Notes under the pieces: model-generated
Databases searched by the model: none
What the model was told of the DNA's origin: nothing
What the model saw: the letters and a program-made list of their open reading frames with translations, nothing else
Shown here: piece by piece, positions 1-10,215 of the stretch
Numbering within the stretch: position 1 is the stretch's first letter
Layout: each line of letters opens with the position of its first letter
Translations under genes and position numbers: made by a program
NCBI GenBank assembly: GCA_965215505.1
Contig: OZ244065.1
Coordinates: forward strand, 1,632,001 to 1,696,000
Reading direction: 5' to 3'
DNA: 64,000 nt
Source of the DNA: Capsulimonadaceae bacterium
GTDB taxonomy: Bacteria > Armatimonadota > Armatimonadia > Armatimonadales > Capsulimonadaceae

Positions 1-2039
1 CGCAGGTGCGGCGGCGTGGCAGGCAGGGGGGCGGCGGGCAGGGGCACGAGCTGGTTCAGGCGGGCCTGCGGGGCGAGGGAGATGACGCGGGTGGCCGGGT
101 CCGCGCCCGAGCCGGGCAAGGGCTGGAAGACGATGACGTGCCGGCCCGCAGGGAGAGACACCCAGAGGCCGTGGGCCAGGTCCTCCGAAGGCTTGCCGTC
201 TATCTTCACCCATTCGGCAGGGATGGGCACCAGCTCGGGCTTCTGACCGGGCACGGTGACGGGGAGCCATCCCGAGACGGAGAGCAGGCCGGTGGAAGCC
301 GGGTCGGGCTGCACTGCCAGCATGGGTGCGGACGGGAACGGAATCCGCTGGCTTAGGTGGGCTTGCGCCGCCAGGTTGATGTTCCAGGTCTTGGGGCCGA
401 TCCCCAGCGCGGGCGTGGGCTGGAAGGTGACGACGTGCCGACCGGCCGGCAGCCGCGCCCACCGGCCGAGGGCCAAGGCGAGGACCGGGCGGCCGTCCAC
501 CTTCACCCACTGGGCGGAGGCGCGCACCAGGGCGGGCGTGTGGCCGGGCGCACCGATGGGGACCCAGCCGGAAACGGTGTACAAGCCGGTCTGACGTGCG
601 GTGTGGGCGGCGCGGGCGGGGACGACGGGCGCGGCCTTGGGCCTGACCGCCCGCGCCGTAAGGCGCGCAGACTTTGGCGTCCGGAGCGGCTTAGGGCGGG
701 GGGGCGGGGGGGCGGGGGGAACGACCACCGCGATCAGACGCCGTGCCGGCTTTGGATGGGCATGGGCGAGGACGGGGCGGCTCGGCTTGGGACGGCTCGC
801 CGTCTTCACAGGCTCCGGCGGCTGTTGGGCCGCCACGACCCGGTGGAGCGGATGGGGAATGACGGCAGGCTCGGGCTTAGGTGTCTGTGCGACGGCGACG
901 GGCGCGGCAGGACGGGGCGCGGCGGGGGCGACCTTCGGGGGCGTCTTCGTCGCCTGCGCGACGCGCGCGGGGTGCGGCGCGGCGAGTTGCCCGGTTCCCC
1001 AGAGGGCGAGCGCGCCGAGCAGGAGCAGGGCGGCACCGGCGACGGCCCCCGTCATCGCCCCGGTCCGGCGGGCGGCGGCCATCGCGCGGTGTTCCGGGAT
1101 GCCCGCCTCGGCCTCGACGGCGGCGCGCAGGGCGGCGGCGAATTGGCCGGCGGAGGAGTAGCGGGACGCCGGCGCTTTGGCAAGCCCACGCAGGACGGCG
1201 GCCTCGACAGCGAGCGCGAGGTCTTCCCGGTAGGAGCGCAGGGGGGGCGGGGCGGAGAAGACCTGCCGGTGCATGACAGAGAGCTGGGCCTGGGTGCTGT
1301 TGTCGGCGGCGCGGAAGGGCGGCGTCTTGGTCAGCGCGAAATAGGCGACGGCCGCGAGCGAGTAGACGTCGCTGCGGGCGTCCGGCGCCTCGTTGCCGTG
1401 GACCTGCTCGGGGCTTGCGTACTCGATGGTGCCGAGGATGTCGCCCATGACCGTCAGCGGCGCTTCCTCGTCAATGTGGGCGACGCCGAAGTCGAACAGG
1501 CGGGCGGGGGCGCGCGGGGGGAGCAGGATGTTGGAGGGCTTGACGTCCCGGTGGATGATGCCCTGCGCGTGGGCGCAGTCCAGGGCGGCGGCGACTTCTT
1601 CGATGACCTGGGCGGCCCGTTGGGGCGCCAGCCAGCCCTCGGCCTCTACGAGTGCGGCCAATGTCCGCCCCGGCACATACTCCAGAACGAGCGCGGCGGG
1701 GTCGCCGTCGTGGAACCGGTAGAGCGCGACGATGTTGGGGTGCCGCAGGCGCTTCATCACGGCGGCCTCGCGCCGGAATCGCTCGGCCGCGATAGGGTCG
1801 CCGGTCGCGCGCTGCACCTTGACGATCACGTCGCAGCGGTGGGCGCGGTCCCACCCCCGGTAGATAGCGGCGAAGGGGCCACGGCTGAGTGGCTCGGCGG
1901 TAACCGCGATGTCCGGCAGGGGCGGGAGGGCGGCGAGTCCGGACTCAGGGGCCGGCGGGGCCGGCACGGCGGCGTCTTCCGGGGGGGCAGGCCGGCTCTC
2001 GGCCCGGCCCGGCTGCTTGTTGGGACGGTTACGACGAAT
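1..2039 (-). CDS. Hanks-type Ser/Thr protein kinase with TM segment, Pro/Ala-rich linker and tandem C-terminal repeats (3' end runs off the window)
   Basis: Hand translation of the minus strand (not in the ORF track): VIVK, FRREAAVMKRLRHPNIV, HRDVKPSNIL, LFDFGVA, GTIEYASPEQ; then hydrophobic AVAGAALLLLGALALW and two ~95-aa repeats (TGLYTVSGWVP.../TGLLSVSGWLP...). Start uncertain; ATT at 2039 follows GAGGAG. Confidence 0.88.
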   Translation of the reverse strand, partial: MRRNRPNKQPGRAESRPAPPEDAAVPAPPAPESGLAALPPLPDIAVTAEPLSRGPFAAIYRGWDRAHRCDVIVKVQRATGDPIAAERFRREAAVMKRLRHPNIVALYRFHDGDPAALVLEYVPGRTLAALVEAEGWLAPQRAAQVIEEVAAALDCAHAQGIIHRDVKPSNILLPPRAPARLFDFGVAHIDEEAPLTVMGDILGTIEYASPEQVHGNEAPDARSDVYSLAAVAYFALTKTPPFRAADNSTQAQLSVMHRQVFSAPPPLRSYREDLALAVEAAVLRGLAKAPASRYSSAGQFAAALRAAVEAEAGIPEHRAMAAARRTGAMTGAVAGAALLLLGALALWGTGQLAAPHPARVAQATKTPPKVAPAAPRPAAPVAVAQTPKPEPAVIPHPLHRVVAAQQPPEPVKTASRPKPSRPVLAHAHPKPARRLIAVVVPPAPPPPRPKPLRTPKSARLTARAVRPKAAPVVPARAAHTARQTGLYTVSGWVPIGAPGHTPALVRASAQWVKVDGRPVLALALGRWARLPAGRHVVTFQPTPALGIGPKTWNINLAAQAHLSQRIPFPSAPMLAVQPDPASTGLLSVSGWLPVTVPGQKPELVPIPAEWVKIDGKPSEDLAHGLWVSLPAGRHVIVFQPLPGSGADPATRVISLAPQARLNQLVPLPAAPLPATPPHL

Positions 2040-2094
2040 GGTTTCTCTCCTCACCGGCTCGAAAGAGTCGGCACTAGTCGGCGCGGGGCCGGCG

Positions 2095-2901
2095 CTAGTC
2101 GGCGGAGAGGTCAGCCAGTGGCCTAGCCCGTCGCTCCGCCAGGGTGCGCCGCACGATCTTGACCAGGAACGGCAGATCCCGCACGAAGTAGCGGTGGAAC
2201 AAGCGGGTCGGCTCCTGCGAAAAGCGGTAGGCCCATTCCAGCCCGCACTCCTGCATCCAGAACGGGGCGCGCTTGATGACTCCGCTCGCCATCTCGAAGG
2301 ACCCGCCGACGCCGATGGAAACCGGGACGCTCAGAAGATCTTTATTCGCCGCAATCCATTTCTCCTGCTTTGGCGCCCCGAATCCCACCAAAAGAATATC
2401 CGGCTGGGCGGCGCGGACCTTTTCACGGATCCGGTCCTGTTCGTCCGAGTCTGCGAAAGTCTCAAACGGGGGGCAGTAGGTGCCGCAGATCTGGGCGCCG
2501 GGGTTGCGGCGCAGGACGGCGTCTTTGGCGAGGTCGGCGGCGCAGGGTGCGCCGCCGAGGAAGAACAGGCGCAGGCCGGTCGCCTCGGACGCGCGGGCCA
2601 GCTCCCAGAAGAGGTCGCTGCCGGTCACGCGCTGCTTGAGGGCGGGGTGGGCCGGCGTCGCGCCGAGGCGGGACAGCAGGACAACCGGCTTGCCGTCGGC
2701 CAGCGTCAGGTCTGAGTCCCGGTAGATGGCCCGGAATTCGGAGTCGTGTTCCAGCGTGACCAGGTGATCCAGGTTGCCGGTGCAGACGTAGCGCGGCTTC
2801 TCGGTCTTCTGGGCCATCTGCACGATGCGTGCGACCGCCTCTTCCATGGTCACATTATGGAACGCCACATCGGCGACATATACTCTGCTCAAAGCATCCA
2901 T
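2095..2901 (-). CDS. WecB/TagA/CpsF family glycosyltransferase
   Basis: Motifs TGNLDH, LADGKPV, RVTGSDL, VGFGAPKQEKWI, GVGGSF, GLEWAYRFSQEP. Confidence 0.93.
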   Translation of the reverse strand: MDALSRVYVADVAFHNVTMEEAVARIVQMAQKTEKPRYVCTGNLDHLVTLEHDSEFRAIYRDSDLTLADGKPVVLLSRLGATPAHPALKQRVTGSDLFWELARASEATGLRLFFLGGAPCAADLAKDAVLRRNPGAQICGTYCPPFETFADSDEQDRIREKVRAAQPDILLVGFGAPKQEKWIAANKDLLSVPVSIGVGGSFEMASGVIKRAPFWMQECGLEWAYRFSQEPTRLFHRYFVRDLPFLVKIVRRTLAERRARPLADLSAD

Positions 2902-2913
2902 GACTTTCTCGCG

Positions 2914-3576
2914 CTATCTGGTAGAGGGGCGCAGCTTCGGGTCGAGCGTCCCCCACATCTCGGCGGCGAAGCGGCCCATATGGGCATGCCCGCGCGCGTT
3001 CGCCGATGCGTCGGCATCCAAGCCGCGCGTAAACCGCAGAAAATAAACCGGCGTCCCGCGCCGGCCGAGGAGGGCGCTCCAGAGCATGGCCGCGCGGATC
3101 TGAGTCACCTCGTTGATCACCTTGCCGTCTACGACGTATACATACAGCATGTCGCTCCCGCCGGCTCCCGACGCCGCGACAGCGTGGCAGGCGCGGGCCT
3201 GGATGTCGGTCCCCGGCAGCCGCTCCAGGTGATCGTCCTCGAGCTGCATTCCTGCCCCGATCAGGCAGGAGCGCGGGTCGTGGAGGGCGCTGCGGTCCGT
3301 CCCGCCGATCAGCACGAAGTTCACCGACTCGCCGCCCCGCCCGTCTGCGGGCGCATAGGTGCGTTCCAGCAGATCGGCGGACGCTAGGGCGGCCTTGACG
3401 TCGGTGGGGACGGGGTCGTCCGCCCCGGCCCGGAGGCCGCCCAGGGTGCGCGGCACGTCCGCGCCGGTCAGGCCGAGGAAGCGGGGCGGCGGGGCCGGTT
3501 TCCAAGCCATCGCCGTCGCCAGAGCCGCCCCGATCAGCAGCGCTAAAAGATAGCCCATCCGGCGAATGTGCGGCAT
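2914..3576 (-). CDS. Exosortase-associated EpsI-family protein
   Basis: N-terminal signal/TM segment, LHDPRSCLIGAG (HxPxxC motif), directly downstream of the exosortase; start could also be 3558. Confidence 0.8.
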   Translation of the reverse strand: MPHIRRMGYLLALLIGAALATAMAWKPAPPPRFLGLTGADVPRTLGGLRAGADDPVPTDVKAALASADLLERTYAPADGRGGESVNFVLIGGTDRSALHDPRSCLIGAGMQLEDDHLERLPGTDIQARACHAVAASGAGGSDMLYVYVVDGKVINEVTQIRAAMLWSALLGRRGTPVYFLRFTRGLDADASANARGHAHMGRFAAEMWGTLDPKLRPSTR

Positions 3577-4475
3577 CCCAATCCTTTTGCCAGCCCGAAG
3601 AGGGCGGTGAATCCGAGAACGAGCGTGATCAGCCCGCTCCAATCGTGAAAGACGTGGGCGGCGTTTGAGCCGATGCACTCCCCGACCACCCCGATCAGCG
3701 CGATCCGCACACTATTGACCAGAAGACTGAGCGGCAGGCTGAACGCGAACAGTCCCAGACGCCGGGCCGGTTTGCCGTCCACCAGATAGGCAAAGGCCGC
3801 GCTGAAGGTCAGCAGGGCCAGCAGCAGCTTGAACCCGGAGCAGGGTACGTCCACGAACAGCGAGTAGTCTTCCATCGTGATGACGTTGCCGACCAGGGTC
3901 GTGCCGAACGTCATCAAGTGCAGCAGGTGGTTTGCCAGAATCGTGGACAGCATCTGCACATGCAGGGTCGAGTCGTTCAGGACGGGTCCCGGCAGCGGGG
4001 CCATCAGCCACAGGAACAGGAGCGGGATGGCCGCCGCCCGCACGAAGCGCGTGCCCAGGGCCAGCCAGACCCCCGAACACACAGTCAGCAGCAGCCCCGT
4101 CGATTCCATCGCCTCGGCCTGCGTCTTGATGGCGAACACGAGCAGGGCCAGGGCGGGCAGGAGCAGGGCCAGGGCACCCAGCGCGGGCGCTTTGGGCACG
4201 GCCCGCAGGGCGTCGCGCCGGTGCCAGAGCATCAGGGCGACGATCAGCGGGATGAGCGGCGCGTGGCCGTAGTACGACTCGGGCTTGGTGTATTCAAAGC
4301 CCCAGAAGCGCAGGACGGGCCAGGCGAGGACGGTCAGCAGGGCGGCGGCGGCGAGGAACGGCGTGAGGGTCGGCCAGTCCTGACGACCCAGGAGGGCCGG
4401 CAGACCGCGCGGCGACTTCTCAGGCTCCGCGTGTTCAGGCTCCGCGTGTTCAGGTTTCTGGGAGACGACTGCCAT
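3543..4475 (-). CDS. Exosortase (EpsH family)
   Basis: Multi-TM protein with YYGHAPLIP and catalytic-type VDVPCSG, NSVRI, FHDWSG; adjacent to a PEP-CTERM gene. Confidence 0.92.
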   Translation of the reverse strand: MAVVSQKPEHAEPEHAEPEKSPRGLPALLGRQDWPTLTPFLAAAALLTVLAWPVLRFWGFEYTKPESYYGHAPLIPLIVALMLWHRRDALRAVPKAPALGALALLLPALALLVFAIKTQAEAMESTGLLLTVCSGVWLALGTRFVRAAAIPLLFLWLMAPLPGPVLNDSTLHVQMLSTILANHLLHLMTFGTTLVGNVITMEDYSLFVDVPCSGFKLLLALLTFSAAFAYLVDGKPARRLGLFAFSLPLSLLVNSVRIALIGVVGECIGSNAAHVFHDWSGLITLVLGFTALFGLAKGLGCRTFAGWAIF

Positions 4476-4641
4476 GGCTAAAATGAGGGCAAAAGGAAAG
4501 CGACAAAAAAGCGAAAGCAACAACGAAGCTAAGACGAATGAGAGGGTCCCCTCCAGGGACATCCCCCTCTTCTGCGGACACTTCTATCTTCGGCAGAATG
4601 GGGCCGGAATGGACACCGGGACAATTACCAGGTTTCCCCGG

Positions 4642-4683
4642 AAAAAAACAGGGTGGCGGGTTGTTGGTACAACACCGCCACCC
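4642..4683 (-). terminator. Rho-independent terminator after the PEP-CTERM gene
   Basis: Minus strand GGGTGGCGG...CCGCCACCC hairpin followed by TGTTTTTTT. Confidence 0.7.
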
Positions 4684-4799
4684 ATTTCTGTCGGCGTTTT
4701 CAGGATCGGTACAACGCGGCGACGCCTTTGTGTGTTCTTCAAAGCCGCCCCCTCCTTTCCCAATCCCGCCTCCGCGTCGGACGTCCCAAGAGGTGAGTC

Positions 4800-5486
4800 T
4801 TAGGCCGCCGCGCCGCCGGTCCGGCGGGTCTTGCGGGCGATCAGGCCCAGGAGGCCGAGGCCACCCAGGGCGAACGTGGCGAGAGTCGCCGGCTCGGGGA
4901 CCGCAGATGCGGGAGCATAAGACGGCGTATTGATGGTCGTACCGTCGCTGATACCGGCCAGACCGGCCGTGTACGACGGGGCGTTCGTGCGGATGATCAG
5001 CAGATCGGACGTCGCGCCCGGCAGCAAGGTGCCGATGCCCGGATTGGCAGCAGTCTCGAAGCGGAAGCCGATCGAGGCGGTGCCGATCCGGAACGCCGAA
5101 GTCGGGACCATAGTGCCACTGCTGGTGCTGTAGAAGGCGCTGGTCTGGAAGCCGGTGAACGACTGGTCGGTGACCCGATCCAGAGGATCCGTGCTGCTGG
5201 CACTGTTAGCGATCTGGAAGACGAACGTCAAACCGCCCAGAGAGTTGGCAGCACCTTCGTTATAGACGCCGGAGAACATGGTGCCGTTGTAGAGCGAAGG
5301 GTTCCCATTATTCGGCGGAGCGACGAAGGGATTCGTCTGCGAGGTGATCAGGACGCCGCCCAAGGCTGTGGCGGACGGAGTGATCGTCGTGTTCGGCAGC
5401 AGGTTCTGGGCGAACGAAGCACCGGTCGCCGCGGCGGCCATGGCCGCCGACGCGATGGTGATCTTGATTGTCTTTTGGATGTTCAT
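4800..5486 (-). CDS. PEP-CTERM sorting-domain surface protein
   Basis: Signal peptide MNIQKTIK...ASFA; Ser/Thr/Gly-rich body; C-terminal VPEPATLATFALGGLGLLGLIARKTRR. Confidence 0.93.
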   Translation of the reverse strand: MNIQKTIKITIASAAMAAAATGASFAQNLLPNTTITPSATALGGVLITSQTNPFVAPPNNGNPSLYNGTMFSGVYNEGAANSLGGLTFVFQIANSASSTDPLDRVTDQSFTGFQTSAFYSTSSGTMVPTSAFRIGTASIGFRFETAANPGIGTLLPGATSDLLIIRTNAPSYTAGLAGISDGTTINTPSYAPASAVPEPATLATFALGGLGLLGLIARKTRRTGGAAA

Positions 5487-5778
5487 TGTTGTTTTCACCC
5501 CCCTTCTTTTATGGATGGTCTTCCTGCCCCTGAAAAGGCAGTAGAATTGTAAATACGGTTGGCGGGTGCAGGCCTCGGCAAAAGGACCTCGTCTCGTCAG
5601 GTCACTTTCCATTTCTTTGGAGGTTTCCTTGCTGCCTCAGACAGTAGGGTCATTCCCGGCCTTCTCCATCCCAAACGTCAGATTTGCGCGATTTCATTAG
5701 AAAACAAGATGCGTCAGCCTCTTCTTTCCGAGTGTAACACATTTCCGCCGAAAATACAATATGCTCGGACCCTATTAT

Positions 5779-6738
5779 TCAGCGATCACTCGCGGTTTTT
5801 TTGCCGCCATCGCTGTCCGAAGAGGTGCCCTGGATCGTGCTGAGGTAGCCGGCATATTTGTCCGAGTTGATGACCGGCTTGGCCGCCTGGTACAGCCGCG
5901 CGATTTCGGCTTTCGGCAGGGGCGCGCGCTCCAAGCGGGCCATCCGATCCACCTGATTGTAGAAGGGAGTCTTCGGTACAAGGGGCGGGATCATCGCGCG
6001 GCTGCTGTTGGTCACCCGAAAGGTCAGGAAGTACATGCCGTCCGGAGCCTTCAGGGGGAAGGTCCTGATGTCGCCGACTTTGGCCTTCTGAACGAAGCCG
6101 CTGATCTGCTGTTTCAGGGGCAGCGGCAGGCCACTCATGTCCGGATTGTAGCCGTTGATGCCCGCGACTGCGAGGCGCGGCTGCCGGCCGAGCACATCCA
6201 GCGGCGTCTTCTGTTCCAGGAGGTCTTCCGCCGTTTTGGCGTCCACGGGGTTCCGAGTCATTACCGTGGTGGCCTGGACCTGCTGCGGCAGGGCGAACTT
6301 GCGAGTGTTTGCAGCGTAGTACGCCGCCACCTGGGCGGGGGAGAGGGCGACATCCTTAATGCGAAGACTGTCCAGCGCGATGGCTGTTTGCAGTTCCTGC
6401 CGGAACTCCGCCATCTTGGCCGGGTCCTGGATGTAGGGAACCAAGACCTGGGGAGAACGGCGCTGGATGTCGCTGATCTGATCCTCGACATTCTTTGCCG
6501 TCGGCGTCACGCCCTGGCGGGCCGCCGCCTGGGCCACCAGTCTGTCGGCGACCATCTGGCTCAGGACTGTCGGGCCAGCCACATGTTCCAGTTGGTCCTG
6601 GTACTGCTTCTTTGTGATCACGTCCTTGCCCACCGTCACGAGGGGACGGCCGGTGGAGTAGCGCGTATAGAGGAGTGCGTTGCCTGCCAGCGACAGCGTG
6701 GTCACCAGCACCAAGACGCCGGTCGGAAAAGATTTCAT
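5779..6738 (-). CDS. PrsA/SurA-like foldase (parvulin-like chaperone)
   Basis: N-terminal anchor, VTVGKDVITKKQY..LEHVAGPTVLSQMV, QVAAYYAAN..KF..PQQV; start could be 6756 or 6771. Confidence 0.7.
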   Translation of the reverse strand: MKSFPTGVLVLVTTLSLAGNALLYTRYSTGRPLVTVGKDVITKKQYQDQLEHVAGPTVLSQMVADRLVAQAAARQGVTPTAKNVEDQISDIQRRSPQVLVPYIQDPAKMAEFRQELQTAIALDSLRIKDVALSPAQVAAYYAANTRKFALPQQVQATTVMTRNPVDAKTAEDLLEQKTPLDVLGRQPRLAVAGINGYNPDMSGLPLPLKQQISGFVQKAKVGDIRTFPLKAPDGMYFLTFRVTNSSRAMIPPLVPKTPFYNQVDRMARLERAPLPKAEIARLYQAAKPVINSDKYAGYLSTIQGTSSDSDGGKKTASDR

Positions 6739-6838
6739 GGTGAACTCTACCTTCATTGTTTTATCATGCATAAATCATGCCAAAGTATCGTAAGGGCTGA
6801 TTTTTATGCAAAAATGCGGAAATATTATGTTTGGCACC

Positions 6839-7981
6839 TTACGCCTCGAGCGATGAGGGACGGACATGGGGGCGAATGGAGGCATTTTGAACGCCCCCGC
6901 TCGCCTCGGAGATGGCTCCAGCGAGGCACACGGCCCAGCGGTCAAGGGACGCATTCTCCTCCACCCAGCGGCGCGCGTTCCGCCCCAAACGCTCGCGCAG
7001 GGCGTGGTCGGCCCGCAACCGGGTGATTGCGCGCCGCCACCCGGCGACGTCTCCCGGCGCGACCGTCAGCCCATTCTCGCCGTCCGTGATGACGTCCGTC
7101 TGGCCGGTCGTCCGCGTGGCGACGACGGCCTTGCCCATCGCCATCGCCTCCAGGATGGTGGTGACGCCCGCCTGGAAGTCCGTCTCGCGCAGCGGCACGA
7201 CCACGAAGCTGGACTCCGCATAGAGGGCGCGTAGCGCGGCGTAGTCGTAGCGGCGGGCGTCCACATTGGGCGGCAGGGCGCGGCCCGCCGTCTGGTCCTC
7301 GTGCTTGGACCAGGGCGAGGCGGCGGCCAGCCGGACGGACAGGTCCGGCATGTCGGCCACGGCCTCGATCAAGGTCGGGTAGTCCCGCCACTCCAGACCC
7401 GCCGAGCAGATGAGGTTCGGGTCGGCCGAGGCGGGCAGCGGGCGGTAAAACCGGTCGTCCGCATGGAACGGGATCAGGGCGAGCTTCCGGGGCGCGATCC
7501 CCAGCCGGCCCACCCCCCAGTCGTACTGCGCCCGCGCGTAGACGAAGATCCGGTCCAGCCTCCGGTGTGCTTTCAGGGTGCGGAAGAAGAATTGCTTCTT
7601 GCGAGTCGAGATCCGGTGGCCGATGGTGACGTGGCCCACCCGGCGCGGCGTCAGCCCCAGCAACAGGGCGAGCGGGACGCCGACGTTCTCACCGTTCGAG
7701 AAGATGGCCGCGTATTCCTCCCGACGCGCGAACGCCAGAGCGGCGAGGGCGGCGTCCCGCCCGCCGGCCTTCCGCGCCAGGCGGACGGCGGGCGTGGAGT
7801 CGGCGTCCACGGCGGCATAGTCCAGTGTGTCCACGGTCAGGCCGTGCCGGTCGCGCAGGGCGGCGGCGAGGGCGTGGTAGTCCATGGTCGGGTGCCGGTC
7901 CGAGGCCACGTCGGCCTCGACGCCGGTCTTGACGACGCTCGGGATCAGCAGCAGGGTCTTGGAGGCGTGGGCGTCCCTCAT
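6839..7981 (-). CDS. GT4 glycosyltransferase
   Basis: RDYPTLIEA and GVTTILEAMAMGKAVVAT (GT-B C-terminal motif). Confidence 0.9.
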   Translation of the reverse strand: MRDAHASKTLLLIPSVVKTGVEADVASDRHPTMDYHALAAALRDRHGLTVDTLDYAAVDADSTPAVRLARKAGGRDAALAALAFARREEYAAIFSNGENVGVPLALLLGLTPRRVGHVTIGHRISTRKKQFFFRTLKAHRRLDRIFVYARAQYDWGVGRLGIAPRKLALIPFHADDRFYRPLPASADPNLICSAGLEWRDYPTLIEAVADMPDLSVRLAAASPWSKHEDQTAGRALPPNVDARRYDYAALRALYAESSFVVVPLRETDFQAGVTTILEAMAMGKAVVATRTTGQTDVITDGENGLTVAPGDVAGWRRAITRLRADHALRERLGRNARRWVEENASLDRWAVCLAGAISEASGGVQNASIRPHVRPSSLEA

Positions 7982-8006
7982 ACTTTTTCTCCTAATACCT
8001 ATTGTC

Positions 8007-9098
8007 CTAGGCGCGGACCGTGCCGACCTGGCGGACGGTCTCAACGAGGCGGCCGTAGTTCACGACGGCGTCGAACCGCTCCCGCCCGACCGCGCGTGCC
8101 TGACGGGCGAGCCGGGCGCGAAGGGGGGCGTCGGAGGCCAGCGCGGTCAGCGCGCCGGCGAGGGCTTCGGGGTCGTCCGGCGGCACGACCCATCCGGTTT
8201 CACCGTGGGTCACCGCTTCCGGCAGGGCGCCGACGGTCGTGGTGACGACGGGCAGGCCCGCCGCCAGCGCCTCCATGACCGCGAGGGGGAGGCAGTCGCC
8301 GCGCGTCGGGAAGACGAACAGGTCCGCCTGGGCGAACAGCCCCAGCAGGGCATCGGAGTTCGGCTGAACATCATGCCAGACGGTCATGCGGGGCAGATTG
8401 TTCCCCACCCCCGGCGTCTTGGTGACGACGTGGAGGTGGACGTCGAGCGAGGGCGGCAGGCGGGCGAAGGCGTCCAGCAGGGTGTCGCCGCCTTTGCGGG
8501 GGAAGTCGCCGCCGACGAACAGCAACTGGACCGGGCCGGGGCGGCGGGCCGCCCGGTCGAAGTCCCAGCGGGCGGTGTCTATGCCGGGCGGTATGACCGT
8601 GACCTTATCGGCGGGCACGCCGTAGTCGGCGACCAGGGAGTCCTTGGACCACTGCGACCACGAAACCAGGTGCCGGGCGGACCGGAACGCGCGCTGATTC
8701 AGGCGCTTCTTCAGGGCCTCGATCCGCGCGCTGCCGCTCGGGACATGGCCATAGAACGCGCCCAGGGCGTCGTATTGCAGGGGCGTGGCGTCCAGGGAAA
8801 CCACGGAGGGCATGCGGCGCATCAGCCCGGGCGAGAACAGGGCGGTCACCTGCGTGTGGAACAGGGCACCGTCCAGCCGCCCGGCCCGCCCGCGCAGGCC
8901 GAGCCAGGCACCCAGCGAGGCCCGGAGCGACCAGTTGGAGCGGACGCCGGGCAGGCGGGTCCAGGCCCCGGTCAGACCCTCGTAGGGCAGATCAACGTAG
9001 GACGGGGCGATGTCCGGACGGTCCCGCAGGACGCGCTTGAGGTTCTGCGCGTGCGTCGTGTGGCCCAGGGAGTATTCGAGTGCGAAGCCGAGGTTCAT
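8007..9098 (-). CDS. GT4 glycosyltransferase
   Basis: FVGGDFPRKGGD, DLFVFPTRGDCLPLAVMEALAAGLPVV. Confidence 0.92.
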   Translation of the reverse strand: MNLGFALEYSLGHTTHAQNLKRVLRDRPDIAPSYVDLPYEGLTGAWTRLPGVRSNWSLRASLGAWLGLRGRAGRLDGALFHTQVTALFSPGLMRRMPSVVSLDATPLQYDALGAFYGHVPSGSARIEALKKRLNQRAFRSARHLVSWSQWSKDSLVADYGVPADKVTVIPPGIDTARWDFDRAARRPGPVQLLFVGGDFPRKGGDTLLDAFARLPPSLDVHLHVVTKTPGVGNNLPRMTVWHDVQPNSDALLGLFAQADLFVFPTRGDCLPLAVMEALAAGLPVVTTTVGALPEAVTHGETGWVVPPDDPEALAGALTALASDAPLRARLARQARAVGRERFDAVVNYGRLVETVRQVGTVRA

Positions 9099-9135
9099 GT
9101 GTCTTCCGTGTCCTTCCTGTCTTCCATGGCCCCCG

Positions 9136-10215
9136 TCATGCCGCCTTCATGGCGTCCAGAATGCGGCCCAGGTTGGCCCGACAGTCGAATTCCTCCCGCG
9201 CGCGCGCGAGTGCGGCGGTCCCCATCTGCTGCCGCAGGGCGGCATCGTAGACGAGTTGGTCCAGGCGCAGGGCGAGGGCCGCATAGTCGCCCGGCTCCAG
9301 CCCGTAGCCCGTCAGGCCCTCGGCGATGATCTCGGGGATGCCGCCGAGCCGCGAGATGACGACGGGCAGGCCGCAGGACATGGCCTCCATGGCGACCAGG
9401 GAGTAGCAGTCGGCCAGTGTCGGCAGCACGAACAGGTCGGACCTCTGGTAGAGACGCACGAGTTCGGGGCTGTTGTTGGCGATCCCCCGGTGTACGACGA
9501 CGTTGGGCACGGCGGGGACCGGGTCGCGCGTCACCAGGTGCAGCTCCCAGGGGGCCGGAACCTGGGTTTCCTGCGCCCAGCGCAGCAGCAGGTCGCCGCC
9601 CTTGCGGGCGAAGTCGCCGCCGACGAACAGCAGGCGGGCGACGCCGTCGCCGGGGCGGGTGGCGGGGTCGGGCCGGAAAAGCTGCTGGTCCACGCCGGGC
9701 GAGACGGCCGTGACCTTCTCGGGCGGGACGCCGTAGTCGTCGCGCAGGCTGCGCGCCACCCACTCGTTCCAGGGGAACAGGTGATGCGCCTCGGCGTAAA
9801 GGCGGTCGGTGGCGCGGCGCTTCCAGGCGGCCCCGAAGCGGGCGCGCGCGCGGCCGTAACCGTACCGCCCGCCCATGGCCTCCATCTGGAGGGGCGTCAT
9901 GTCCATGACCAGGAAGGCGGGCGCGGCCCGGACCGAGTCGGGGACGGACTTCGCCGCCCAGGTCGCCCAAAGCACGGCGTCACGCGGCCCGGCCCCGGCC
10001 AGCCCGGCGCGGATCTCCCCCACCCCGCGCAGTGTGCCGCGGATGCCGGACGGGAGGCCCGGCAGGCGCGACAGCGGGCCGGCGTCGGCCTCATAGCGGA
10101 CGGGGACGACGGCGGCCTCCACGGACGGGTCTTCCGCCGCGACGCGCTCCCAGTTGAGGGCCTGGGTCTTCAGCCCGACCTGCTGGTCCAGGACGAACGC
10201 GAATCGGTGAGCCAC
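9136..10215 (-). CDS. GT4 glycosyltransferase (paralogue of the neighbour)
   Basis: FVGGDFARKGGD, DLFVLPTLADCYSLVAMEAMSCGLPVV. Confidence 0.92.
   Translation of the reverse strand: MAHRFAFVLDQQVGLKTQALNWERVAAEDPSVEAAVVPVRYEADAGPLSRLPGLPSGIRGTLRGVGEIRAGLAGAGPRDAVLWATWAAKSVPDSVRAAPAFLVMDMTPLQMEAMGGRYGYGRARARFGAAWKRRATDRLYAEAHHLFPWNEWVARSLRDDYGVPPEKVTAVSPGVDQQLFRPDPATRPGDGVARLLFVGGDFARKGGDLLLRWAQETQVPAPWELHLVTRDPVPAVPNVVVHRGIANNSPELVRLYQRSDLFVLPTLADCYSLVAMEAMSCGLPVVISRLGGIPEIIAEGLTGYGLEPGDYAALALRLDQLVYDAALRQQMGTAALARAREEFDCRANLGRILDAMKAA

Noticed and set aside
357-2126. 589-aa plus-strand ORF and other long antisense ORFs (e.g. 26827-30480, 51009-52934, 34546-36381)
   Set aside because: Shadow frames of well-supported genes on the opposite strand, typical of high-GC DNA.
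5500-5700. Possible riboswitch upstream of the PEP-CTERM gene; also examined 12740-12900 and 22800-22905
   Set aside because: Hairpins are present but I could not match c-di-GMP, c-di-AMP or another consensus by eye; an Rfam scan is needed.
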